From the sequence record NC_023693.1: DNA of 64,000 nt, one strand, 5' to 3'. Below are positions 49,144 to 56,101 of the stretch, piece after piece. The notes below the pieces were generated by a model, which worked only from the letters and a program-made list of their open reading frames with translations, had not been told where the DNA came from and ran no database searches. Made by a program: the position numbers and the translations under genes. Position 1 is the first letter of the stretch, and each line of letters starts with the position of its first letter. The stretch comes from Escherichia phage phi92.

Positions 49144-50877
49144 ATGAATATTTTTGCACCTTTTGCTACTGATTGGTATAAACCTGGTCACAAGCAGATG
49201 TACAACCAAAATACAAAACTCATTTTCTCTAATTTAACTCCTCGTAATGATAAAAACTTTGCACACTATGCAGATCGTGAAGCACGTGGTGTGATTGTTT
49301 TAGGTATTCGTCGAGCAGTCACTGATGCTCTTGTAACTATGTGGGATAGCTTCTTTAAAATGTCTCGTAGTGCAGCAGTAAATAAATTTTATCGTATGTC
49401 TAAAAATGCATTAGGTGCTTCTGCTCCTTCTGCTGAATGTTGGGAAGAATTGCACGATTTAGGTTATCTTCCGCTAGAAGTTCGATCTCTGCCAGAAGGT
49501 GTTTTGTGTCCTATTGGTGTTCCTGTGTTTACTGTGCATAATACTTTAGAAAAATTCTTTTGGTTAACTAACTATGTGGAAACACTATTGTCAGATGAAA
49601 CTTGGAAGACAATGACTAATGCCACAGCAGCTTTTCAGTATAAGCGTATCGCTATGGCGTATGCGATGGCAACGTGTGATAACATTGATCACGTTAATTT
49701 CCAGTGTCATGACTTTAGCCTACGTGGTTTAAGCAATATCGAAGATGGTTATAAGAGTGGTATCGCTCATTTGGCATCTTTCACAGGAACAGATAACATT
49801 CTGGCTATTGAGACTGTGCATGATTATTATGGTATTGATTATGATCAGTTTGTTGCAGGTTCTATTCCGGCAACAGAACATTCAGTAGCAACGACTAACA
49901 TTGGAGCTATTGTTGAAGATCTGAAGAAACATTTCCCACATCTTAAAGATGATGTTGATGGGCTTCGTTATGTAGCAGAGAAAGAGTTTCTTCGCCGCTA
50001 TATTGAAGAAATTGTTCCAGAAGGTTTTTGTTCATATGTAGCAGATTCTTATGATTACTGGGCTGTCTTGACTCGCATTCTGGTAGAATTGAAAGAGTCC
50101 ATTATGTCACGAAATGGTCGTCTTGTTATTCGTCCAGATTCAGGAGATCCGGTTAAAGTTGTTGCAGGATACAATGTTGAATCTTTTGCTAACTATGAAG
50201 ACCTTTTAAATAATGGTATTGCTACAGCCACTGAAGTAGTTCATTTGGCTGATGTTAATAAGTATTACAATGTTCTTCAGGATTGCAGTGTTGCTGATTG
50301 TATTGATGAAACTTATGAGATTCCTTATTGTGAAGCAGTAGGTTCTATTCAAATCCTTTGGGAAGTGTTTGGTGGTACTATCAACCGAAAAGGCTACAAG
50401 GTTCTTGATCAGCACATCGGTATGATTTATGGTGATTCTATTACTGTTGAACGAGAATACGAGATCTTACGCCGACTGAAGAAGAAAGGTTTTGCAGCTT
50501 CCAATATTGTATTTGGTGTTGGTAGTTATACTTATCAGTTCAATACACGAGATACTTTTGGTTTTGCTGTTAAAGCAACAGGTAGTATCATCGGTGAACA
50601 CGAAATTTTGGTAAGTAAGGAGCCTAAAACTGATCCTGGTAAACGCTCTGCAAAAGGTTTTATTAAGGTTGTTAAGGATACAAATGGTAAACTTTCTCTT
50701 GTGGATAATCTTTCTTTTAAAGATATCCAAGATGAAGACAATGAGTTAAAAGTTATCTTCAGGGATGGTACGGTTATTACACCACAAGTAGAAGGACGTG
50801 ATGAAACATTTACTGATATCCGCAACCGTGTTGATGTAGAGGTTCTTCGTACTATGGGAACCATCCAGGTTGACTAA
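49144..50877 (+). CDS. nicotinamide phosphoribosyltransferase (NAMPT) family protein; candidate nicotinamide ADP-ribose transferase (Namat-like)
   Basis: N-terminal TDWYKPGH (DSYKxxH-like), RPDSGD, FGVGSYTYQFNTRDTFGFAVKAT blocks of NAMPT family; AAGGAGA SD. Confidence 0.8.
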   Translation: MNIFAPFATDWYKPGHKQMYNQNTKLIFSNLTPRNDKNFAHYADREARGVIVLGIRRAVTDALVTMWDSFFKMSRSAAVNKFYRMSKNALGASAPSAECWEELHDLGYLPLEVRSLPEGVLCPIGVPVFTVHNTLEKFFWLTNYVETLLSDETWKTMTNATAAFQYKRIAMAYAMATCDNIDHVNFQCHDFSLRGLSNIEDGYKSGIAHLASFTGTDNILAIETVHDYYGIDYDQFVAGSIPATEHSVATTNIGAIVEDLKKHFPHLKDDVDGLRYVAEKEFLRRYIEEIVPEGFCSYVADSYDYWAVLTRILVELKESIMSRNGRLVIRPDSGDPVKVVAGYNVESFANYEDLLNNGIATATEVVHLADVNKYYNVLQDCSVADCIDETYEIPYCEAVGSIQILWEVFGGTINRKGYKVLDQHIGMIYGDSITVEREYEILRRLKKKGFAASNIVFGVGSYTYQFNTRDTFGFAVKATGSIIGEHEILVSKEPKTDPGKRSAKGFIKVVKDTNGKLSLVDNLSFKDIQDEDNELKVIFRDGTVITPQVEGRDETFTDIRNRVDVEVLRTMGTIQVD

Positions 50878-50948
50878 ATAAAAACTTCGTGATAAGATTA
50901 AGGTAAGGAGAGCCTGCAACTGCCCTGGATGGGCTTCACGAAGGATTT

Positions 50949-51170
50949 ATGAAACAACATAATTTTTATTTTCGTTGCCGAGCCTGTAACAGACACTTGA
51001 CTAATCACTCCCGTAGAGACAGGAATGGTAATATTCAAGAGTCGGATCTATGCTCGATTTGTACAAGTTTGGCATTCGACGACAGTCCCGAAAGGGTTTA
51101 TCAACATCAAAGTGTAACTGATCTTCTTCTAAATTACACAGCACCAGAGGAGGAATTAGATTTAACATAA
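50949..51170 (+). CDS. small zinc-ribbon protein
   Basis: CRACNRH...CSIC, 73 aa. Confidence 0.45.
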   Translation: MKQHNFYFRCRACNRHLTNHSRRDRNGNIQESDLCSICTSLAFDDSPERVYQHQSVTDLLLNYTAPEEELDLT

Positions 51171-51183
51171 TTAAGGAAACAGT

Positions 51184-51294
51184 ATGTCTACAGAAATTAT
51201 TTTTGGCTTATCTGTTTTTATTGCTATTGTATCTTTTGTATGCGGTTATACACTAGGTTACAGATCAAGAAAAAATATTGTAAAAACTAGTTGA
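51184..51294 (+). CDS. small membrane peptide (36 aa)
   Basis: AAGGAAA SD; single hydrophobic helix. Confidence 0.3.
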   Translation: MSTEIIFGLSVFIAIVSFVCGYTLGYRSRKNIVKTS

Positions 51295-51320
51295 CAACAT
51301 AGCTAGTTATTTGCTAAGAT
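51291..51320 (+). promoter_or_regulatory. sigma70-like promoter (TTGACA-N18-TAAGAT)
   Basis: upstream of 51351 gene. Confidence 0.45.
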
Positions 51321-51350
51321 AAGCACAAGTTAAACAAAAAGGAGAAAACT

Positions 51351-51617
51351 ATGACAGAAAAGACTTATGGTAAAGAATTGATTGAGAAGCACGTATTGAT
51401 TGATAATAAAGGTGGAGCAATCTTTATTTTTGAACCTGAATCAGTTCTTACTGAAAACGAAAATGGTAGCGTTAGCCTTAAAACAGAAAGTTTGGTAATT
51501 GACTTCCTTGCTCTTCTGGATGAAATGGGGCTTCCTCACGAAGAAGAAGCAGCTATTGCTTTGATTGCAGTTCTTCTGGAGAAACGCGAAGCTGGTGAAA
51601 TGACCCAGTATGCTTAA
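51351..51617 (+). CDS. hypothetical protein
   Basis: 88 aa, AAGGAGAA SD. Confidence 0.5.
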   Translation: MTEKTYGKELIEKHVLIDNKGGAIFIFEPESVLTENENGSVSLKTESLVIDFLALLDEMGLPHEEEAAIALIAVLLEKREAGEMTQYA

Positions 51618-51624
51618 TATTCAA

Positions 51625-51700
51625 GGTTCCATAGCTCACTGACGAGAGCGCACACCTCATAAGTGTCGAGGGCAGGGATTGTAACCCTGGGGAACCACCA
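51625..51700 (+). tRNA. tRNA-Met/Ile2-like (anticodon CAT), non-canonical T-loop
   Basis: manual fold: acceptor GGTTCC/GGAACC, D-stem GCTC/GAGC, anticodon loop CTCATAA, T-stem CAGGG/CCCTG with loop ATTGTAA, CCA encoded. Confidence 0.5.
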
Positions 51701-51731
51701 TTTAAAAGGAGGTGCTATGCATCTCCTATAT

Positions 51732-51817
51732 GCAAGTGTGGTGGAATTGGTGATACACATTGTGCTTAAAACGCAACGCTTAAATGCTTGAGGGTTCGAA
51801 TCCCTCCACTTGCACCA
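51732..51817 (+). tRNA. tRNA-Leu (anticodon TAA)
   Basis: manual fold: acceptor GCAAGTG/CACTTGC, anticodon stem TTGTG/CGCAA, loop CTTAAAA, long variable arm, T-arm GAGGG-TTCGAAT-CCCTC, CCA. Confidence 0.7.
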
Positions 51818-51833
51818 ACACCTAAAAAATATC

Positions 51834-51862
51834 TTGACATTTACTTAGTTTTTTGTTATAGT
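51834..51862 (+). promoter_or_regulatory. sigma70-like promoter (TTGACA-N17-TATAGT)
   Basis: immediately upstream of tRNA-like element at 51874. Confidence 0.45.
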
Positions 51863-51873
51863 TACTATGAAAA

Positions 51874-51955
51874 CGGGGTGTATCTCACCTGACTTCTAAT
51901 CAGGCGTTAACCGAGTAATTGGAGTATGCAGGTTCGAATCCTGTCACCCCGGCCA
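51874..51955 (+). tRNA. tRNA-like element, identity unresolved (candidate anticodon loop CTTCTAA)
   Basis: acceptor CGGGGTG/CACCCCG, T-arm GCAGG-TTCGAAT-CCTGT, CCA; perfect hairpin CCTGA-CTTCTAA-TCAGG but no D-arm found by eye. Confidence 0.4.
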
Positions 51956-51973
51956 AAAAGTTTTAAAAACTAC

Positions 51974-52002
51974 TTGACAAGCAAGATAGTTTTATGTTAG
52001 AT
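51974..52002 (+). promoter_or_regulatory. sigma70-like promoter (TTGACA-N17-TTAGAT)
   Basis: upstream of tRNA-Ser at 52019. Confidence 0.4.
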
Positions 52003-52018
52003 TTAAAGTATGATAACT

Positions 52019-52108
52019 GGAAGGTAGGGCGCAGCGGTGCGCAACCAGGTTTGAACCCTGGCCCATTGTAGCGATACGGTGATGGTTCGACTCCATTATC
52101 TTCCTCCA
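52019..52108 (+). tRNA. tRNA-Ser (anticodon TGA)
   Basis: manual fold: acceptor GGAAGGT/ATCTTCC, anticodon stem CCAGG/CCTGG loop TTTGAAC, long variable arm, T-loop TTCGACT, CCA. Confidence 0.65.
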
Positions 52109-52114
52109 AATTCA

Positions 52115-52279
52115 ATGAGTGATTTTATGAATTATAAAACTATTGGACAGGTTGTTACCGGAGTTAAGATTGTAAATAATAAAGTTGTTTATGAGTATTC
52201 TAATCTTCAACAATCTGAAGATGGTAAGAATATTCGTATGGTAAAAACAGAACAAAAAGATTCCGGTTGTTTTGAATAA
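52115..52279 (+). CDS. small hypothetical protein inside tRNA cluster
   Basis: ORF between tRNAs; start uncertain (ATG 52115 or 52127); weak SD. Confidence 0.3.
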   Translation: MSDFMNYKTIGQVVTGVKIVNNKVVYEYSNLQQSEDGKNIRMVKTEQKDSGCFE

Positions 52280-52287
52280 TTAAAAAC

Positions 52288-52373
52288 GGTAGATTGGTGA
52301 AATGGTAGCCACAACAGTTTGCTAAACTGTCGTCGGAAACGGCGTGTAGGTTCAAGTCCTACATCTACCGCCA
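52288..52373 (+). tRNA. tRNA-Ser (anticodon GCT)
   Basis: manual fold: acceptor GGTAGAT/ATCTACC, anticodon stem ACAGT/ACTGT loop TTGCTAA, long variable arm, T-arm GTAGG-TTCAAGT-CCTAC, CCA. Confidence 0.7.
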
Positions 52374-52507
52374 AGTTATCTTTAATGTAGCTTGTAATCT
52401 TACTTTAGCAGAGTAAACTTTCGGCAGATGGTGGCAGCCATTTTACCGATACCCCAATACTTCATAGCTAAGTGCCGCAAACACTGGCTATTTTAAAGAT
52501 AATTTAT

Positions 52508-52583
52508 ACATCGTTAGCTTAGTTGGTAGAGCAAGGGTCTTTTAACTCCAAGGTCGAAGGTTCGAATCCTTCACGATGTACCA
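52508..52583 (+). tRNA. tRNA-Lys-like (anticodon TTT), weak anticodon stem
   Basis: perfect acceptor ACATCGT/ACGATGT, D-arm GCTTAGTTGGTAGAGC, loop CTTTTAA, T-arm GAAGG-TTCGAAT-CCTTC, CCA; anticodon stem only about 3 bp. Confidence 0.55.
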
Positions 52584-52588
52584 AACAT

Positions 52589-52675
52589 GTAGGTATCGCA
52601 TAGCGGCAATTGCTGGAGACTGTAAATCTCTTGCCCTTCGGGGCTTCGTTGGTTCGAGTCCAACTACCTGCACCA
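52589..52675 (+). tRNA. tRNA-Tyr (anticodon GTA)
   Basis: manual fold: acceptor GTAGGTA/TACCTGC, anticodon stem GGAGA/TCTCT loop CTGTAAA, long variable arm, T-loop TTCGAGT, CCA. Confidence 0.65.
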
Positions 52676-52682
52676 AATTAAA

Positions 52683-52767
52683 GATGGATTGGCCTAGTGG
52701 TTGGGCGACGGACTGTTAATCCGTGAACGAAAGTTCTAGCAAGGTTCAAATCCTTGATCCATCGCCA
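52683..52767 (+). tRNA. tRNA with Asn anticodon (GTT) on a class-II (long variable arm) body
   Basis: manual fold: acceptor GATGGAT/ATCCATC, 3 bp D-stem, anticodon stem ACGGA/TCCGT loop CTGTTAA, variable arm hairpin GAAC-GAAA-GTTC, T-arm CAAGG-TTCAAAT-CCTTG, discriminator G, CCA. Confidence 0.55.
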
Positions 52768-52772
52768 TATAG

Positions 52773-52840
52773 TGCTTGTAGAGTTAATAGAAACCTCTAG
52801 AATTTTCTAGAATTGTAGGTATCAAATCCTACCAAGCAAA
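52773..52840 (+). tRNA. degenerate tRNA-like remnant (possible pseudo-tRNA)
   Basis: T-arm-like GTAGG-TATCAAAT-CCTAC with 8 nt loop, no CCA, overlapping TCTAGA inverted repeats instead of a clean anticodon arm. Confidence 0.2.
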
Positions 52841-52846
52841 TATTTT

Positions 52847-52921
52847 GCTCCTATCGTATAACGGCTATTACGGTTGCCTTGTAAGCAACTTATCAGGGTT
52901 CGAGTCCTTGTGGGAGCACCA
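52847..52921 (+). tRNA. tRNA-Thr (anticodon TGT)
   Basis: manual fold: acceptor GCTCCTA/TGGGAGC, anticodon stem GTTGC/GCAAC loop CTTGTAA, T-loop TTCGAGT, CCA. Confidence 0.7.
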
Positions 52922-52943
52922 ATTTAACTCTAAAGGAGTGTAT

Positions 52944-53267
52944 GTGACAGAAAAAGAGTTAGAGAAATATTTTAATATCAATGTTTTCGATGGTTTTGAT
53001 GATATTGAAGATGTTGAAAGATATTATGAAGTAGAGTTAGATAAGGATAACATTGTAATTCTTTCTGCCACTTATGATTGTGCATATTATGAAGGTGAAT
53101 CTCACGTTTATTTCTATGATATGAAAACATCTTTGTTTTATGAAGTACACGCATATCATTGTTCTTGTTATGGCTTAGAAGGTCAGTGGGAACCTGAAGA
53201 AATAGGTGATTTGGACTTTACTATTGCATATCTAAACAGACGTGGTGCATCTACTATTTTAAAATAA
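52944..53267 (+). CDS. hypothetical protein inside tRNA cluster
   Basis: GTG start after AAAGGAG SD; in frame with track ORF 52845-53267, whose 5' part overlaps tRNA-Thr. Confidence 0.45.
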   Translation: MTEKELEKYFNINVFDGFDDIEDVERYYEVELDKDNIVILSATYDCAYYEGESHVYFYDMKTSLFYEVHAYHCSCYGLEGQWEPEEIGDLDFTIAYLNRRGASTILK

Positions 53268-53281
53268 ATATTAAAAGCCTC

Positions 53282-53311
53282 TTGACAAAGGGGCTAATAA
53301 TATGTTAGAGT
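53282..53311 (+). promoter_or_regulatory. sigma70-like promoter (TTGACA-N18-TAGAGT)
   Basis: upstream of tRNA-Gly. Confidence 0.45.
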
Positions 53312-53322
53312 AATATTGTTAA

Positions 53323-53397
53323 GCGGGTATAGTGTTAATGGTAGCATATGAGGTTTCCACCCTCCAGGTGCAGGTTCAAGTCCTGTTACTCGCTCCA
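53323..53397 (+). tRNA. tRNA-Gly (anticodon TCC)
   Basis: manual fold: acceptor GCGGGTA/TACTCGC, anticodon loop TTTCCAC, T-arm GCAGG-TTCAAGT-CCTGT, CCA. Confidence 0.6.
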
Positions 53398-53828
53398 AGA
53401 TTATTTAAATGGAATCGCTAGAGAAAATTTCTCTTTTCGCTCATGGTTTTCTCCTTCAAACTCTAGCGGTTCTTTTTAAGTGATTTTTTAGTTTATTGGA
53501 GATTCACTGCCTTAGTGTGAGCTAAAATCGAGGAGCCATCGAACTGTCTGATTAATGATTTGCGAATCATTATAGTTTTAAGACCCCGGCAGTTTTATGG
53601 TGTACCTCTTGAATGTGAATGATGACGGGTTTATGGTTATCCTGGTCGTTAAATATCCAAAAACCTATGTTCCCCTTGAGGGCTTGCGCAGGCAATGCCA
53701 ATAAGTCCTGCATTTTCATTTAAAAGAGAATTTATAATGGAAAAAGATGAACTTAAGTATGCTAAGCCTCTGGCTTCTGCTGCACGAAAAGCAGTTCGTC
53801 ACTTTGTGGTAACACTGAAGTAATTTAT

Positions 53829-53903
53829 TGGAGATTGGCCTAGTGGGAAGGCAACGGCCTTTGAAGTCGTGATGACTAGGTTCGATTCCTAGATCTCCAG
53901 CCA
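53829..53903 (+). tRNA. tRNA-Gln (anticodon TTG)
   Basis: manual fold: acceptor TGGAGAT/ATCTCCA, anticodon stem ACGGC/GTCGT loop CTTTGAA, T-arm CTAGG-TTCGATT-CCTAG, CCA. Confidence 0.65.
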
Positions 53904-53910
53904 AGATTTA

Positions 53911-53986
53911 CAGTGCGTAGCGCAGTTGGTAGCGTGGGAGCCTTGGACGCTTCAGGTCGCAGGTTCGAGTCCTGCCGCACTGACCA
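53911..53986 (+). tRNA. tRNA-Pro (anticodon TGG)
   Basis: manual fold: acceptor CAGTGCG/CGCACTG, anticodon loop CTTGGAC, T-arm GCAGG-TTCGAGT-CCTGC, CCA. Confidence 0.65.
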
Positions 53987-53991
53987 AATTT

Positions 53992-54066
53992 GCAGAGATA
54001 GCTGAGACGGATTAGTGCTACCCTGAAAAGGTAGAAAGGATGGATCGTTACCATCTCTCTGCACCA
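53992..54066 (+). tRNA. tRNA-Phe (anticodon GAA), atypical T-loop
   Basis: manual fold: perfect acceptor GCAGAGA/TCTCTGC, anticodon stem CTACC/GGTAG loop CTGAAAA, T-arm GATGG-ATCGTTA-CCATC, CCA. Confidence 0.6.
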
Positions 54067-54143
54067 AATAACACCATCCAAGGAGAATACTTGGTTAACT
54101 GTCAATAGCACATTGAGGCTTCTTACAGTGGTGTACTTATTAT

Positions 54144-54228
54144 GGCTAAGTGGTGGAATGGTATACACGATACGCTTAGAACGTATTGCCCCAAGGGATT
54201 GTGAGTTCGAGTCTCACCTTAGCTACCA
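54144..54228 (+). tRNA. tRNA-Leu (anticodon TAG)
   Basis: manual fold: acceptor GGCTAAG/CTTAGCT, anticodon stem ATACG/CGTAT loop CTTAGAA, long variable arm, T-arm GTGAG-TTCGAGT-CTCAC, CCA. Confidence 0.7.
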
Positions 54229-54243
54229 AATTATTACAAGTTT

Positions 54244-54322
54244 CGCGGGATAGAGGAGTCTGGTCGTCCTCGCCAGTTTCATATGCTGGAGATCGTAGGT
54301 TCAAATCCTACTCCCGTTACCA
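54244..54322 (+). tRNA. tRNA-Met (anticodon CAT), initiator-like
   Basis: 5' CGCGGGA with unpaired position 1-72 (as in bacterial tRNA-fMet), anticodon stem CCAGT/GCTGG loop TTCATAT, T-arm GTAGG-TTCAAAT-CCTAC, CCA. Confidence 0.6.
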
Positions 54323-54387
54323 ACAAATACCTCCCTTCTGGTGTAATGATTAAATTACATTGACACTTCAAGGAACTCATAGCCGGG

Positions 54388-54463
54388 TAGATTTAAAAGA
54401 GTATGGTACTCAATATGGCTCCAAACCATAGATCAGGGGGTTCGATTCCTCACCTTGCTGCCA
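54388..54463 (+). tRNA. tRNA-Trp-like (anticodon CCA), acceptor stem not resolved
   Basis: perfect anticodon arm TATGG-CTCCAAA-CCATA, D-stem GAGT/ACTC, T-loop TTCGATT, 3' CCA; 5' acceptor strand does not pair well by eye. Confidence 0.4.
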
Positions 54464-54468
54464 ATTAT

Positions 54469-54544
54469 TGTGGTATCGTACAGATGGTTAGTACACTCGA
54501 CCGATAATCGAGAAACAACGGTTCGACTCCGTTTACCACGACCA
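54469..54544 (+). tRNA. tRNA-Ile (anticodon GAT)
   Basis: manual fold: acceptor TGTGGTA/TACCACG, anticodon stem CTCGA/TCGAG loop CCGATAA, T-arm AACGG-TTCGACT-CCGTT, CCA. Confidence 0.65.
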
Positions 54545-54656
54545 AACTCCGTGCCAGCGGTGTCTTCGAAGAACAAGCCTAGTTCCTTCTGAGATGGAGG
54601 GGTGCGACTCCTTAACGCACAATATACTACTACTAAATACTTATCAGGAGATATCA

Positions 54657-54925
54657 TGTATACTTTAAAAGTAATTCGCAAGTTTCCTCAAGAAGAGGAA
54701 GTAAGAATTTATAACACTGTACCATTCGTAGTAAATGAAGAAGAATTCTTTTATTGCTTAGAAGATGAAGTAATTATTCAATATCATTGGGAAGGTTACG
54801 ACAGACAAGATGGTGTTGTAGCTTCTGTGCTTGCTGGTGATAGAGTGTTATTCATTCACAAAACTGAATCAGCATATTTAATGAATGATAAAGGACAAAC
54901 TGTTAAAGTAATTAACAGACCATAA
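54657..54925 (+). CDS. hypothetical protein
   Basis: ATG 54657 with AGGAGA SD; in frame with track ORF 54602-54925. Confidence 0.5.
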
Positions 54926-54936
54926 AGAATTTTATA

Positions 54937-54964
54937 AAAGCCTCCTTTTTGGAGGTTTTTTATT
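54937..54964 (+). terminator. rho-independent terminator
   Basis: AAAAGCCTCC-TTTTT-GGAGGTTTTT then T-run. Confidence 0.6.
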
Positions 54965-55031
54965 ATCTATAAAATAAAGATCTTTACAAAACGTATAAAA
55001 TATGTTATCCTTAAGTAAGGAGGTGCATATT

Positions 55032-55322
55032 ATGCCTAAATTGAAAAGAGGTCGAGGTAGACCTACAGCCGAAATGCAACAGATTTATGCTATGGATGCT
55101 GCACAGGCGCAAGTAAAAGAAATTTTTGCTGGTCGTTATTTAGATGCTATGCGTTACATTGCAGATCTTGTTGTGGATGAAAAGGCTTCTGCTAATATTA
55201 AGTTGACTGCTTCTAAGATCATCAAAGAACAAGTAGAAGAATGGCTGGAAGAACATTATGAATCTATGGAAGAAGAAGATATTCTTCCAGAAAATTCTCC
55301 CCCTCAAAAAATCGTTATCTAA
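55032..55322 (+). CDS. small AT-hook-like basic protein (possible DNA-binding regulator)
   Basis: ATG 55032 after AAGGAGG SD; N-terminal KRGRGRPT. Confidence 0.45.
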   Translation: MPKLKRGRGRPTAEMQQIYAMDAAQAQVKEIFAGRYLDAMRYIADLVVDEKASANIKLTASKIIKEQVEEWLEEHYESMEEEDILPENSPPQKIVI

Positions 55323-55368
55323 TTCTCCTCTCTTGGGAACTTTGTTCCCCCTCTCCTTGTTAATTAAC

Positions 55369-55400
55369 ACCCCTTTCCGAAAGGTTAGGGGGTTTTTTAT
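55369..55400 (+). terminator. rho-independent terminator
   Basis: CCCCT...AGGGGG hairpin followed by TTTTTTATTTT. Confidence 0.6.
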
Positions 55401-55460
55401 TTTATACCTATTGCTTTTATATATGTTTTTATGATATGATTAATACAGGAGGACTATAAA

Positions 55461-55634
55461 ATGAGAAACTATGTAGCTAAACACGATTTCAATAGGGCTT
55501 CTTATCACAGAGATAAGAAGAACAGTTATTCGCGTAAATGGGATCTGGAGGAAGAGTTAGACTATGATTACAGAAGAACAATGGAAGGAGATTTTGGAGA
55601 ATGCACAACCGATGGTAGTGAAGAAGATAGTTAA
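55461..55634 (+). CDS. small hypothetical protein (57 aa)
   Basis: AGGAGG SD 8 nt upstream; below ORF-track cutoff. Confidence 0.3.
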   Translation: MRNYVAKHDFNRASYHRDKKNSYSRKWDLEEELDYDYRRTMEGDFGECTTDGSEEDS

Positions 55635-55669
55635 TAATTCACCAAATCTGCCTAAAGTAAAATTTAAAG

Positions 55670-56101
55670 ATGATGATACTGACTATGTTAATAAACCTAC
55701 TGAAGAATAAATGGGTTAGGTATTTTGTTCTTATTATAGCACTGTTTGGTGGTTTGTATGTTGGTTTAAACAAATTACACGATGACGTGTATGCACAAGG
55801 CTACAACGCAGGTATTGCTAAACAAGAACAAATATTACAACAAAACCAAATTAAAGCAAAACAGCAGTTCGATATCTTACAAGCAAAAGCAGATTCAGAA
55901 AGATCTAAATTGAATGAAAAAATTCATTCATTAACGAAACAAAGAAATGATCTTCTTACACAACTGGATAAGAAGAGTAATAACATAACACAAGAGAGAA
56001 TAGATTATGCGAAAACATCTTCTGGCGCTATGTCTTGTTTTAGCCCTAATGATGACGGGTTGCGCATCATCAACAACAGCTTCCCAGCCTCTATTGATTG
56101 A
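55670..56101 (+). CDS. i-spanin-like protein (inner-membrane spanin, Rz-like)
   Basis: N-terminal TM segment VRYFVLIIALFGGLYVGL then Gln/Lys-rich coiled-coil; next gene embedded in its 3' end. Confidence 0.5.
   Translation: MMILTMLINLLKNKWVRYFVLIIALFGGLYVGLNKLHDDVYAQGYNAGIAKQEQILQQNQIKAKQQFDILQAKADSERSKLNEKIHSLTKQRNDLLTQLDKKSNNITQERIDYAKTSSGAMSCFSPNDDGLRIINNSFPASID

Noticed and set aside
48179-50877. Reading the PRS + NAMPT pair as ordinary nicotinamide salvage (PRPP + Nam -> NMN)
   Set aside because: Not fully rejected, but disfavoured: no NMN adenylyltransferase or Nudix partner is visible in the window, so the pair alone cannot reach NAD+ by the classical route; kept as the alternative in the first finding.
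53716-54168. Minus-strand ORFs 53716-53904, 53876-54067, 53908-54168 across the tRNA cluster
   Set aside because: They run antisense through tRNA-Gln, tRNA-Pro, tRNA-Phe and tRNA-Leu; products of reading tRNA sequence in an open frame.
54545-54650. Possible additional tRNA suggested by a T-loop-like GGTGCGACTCC
   Set aside because: No acceptor stem, D-arm or anticodon arm could be folded; the sequence is the 5' leader of the 54657 gene.
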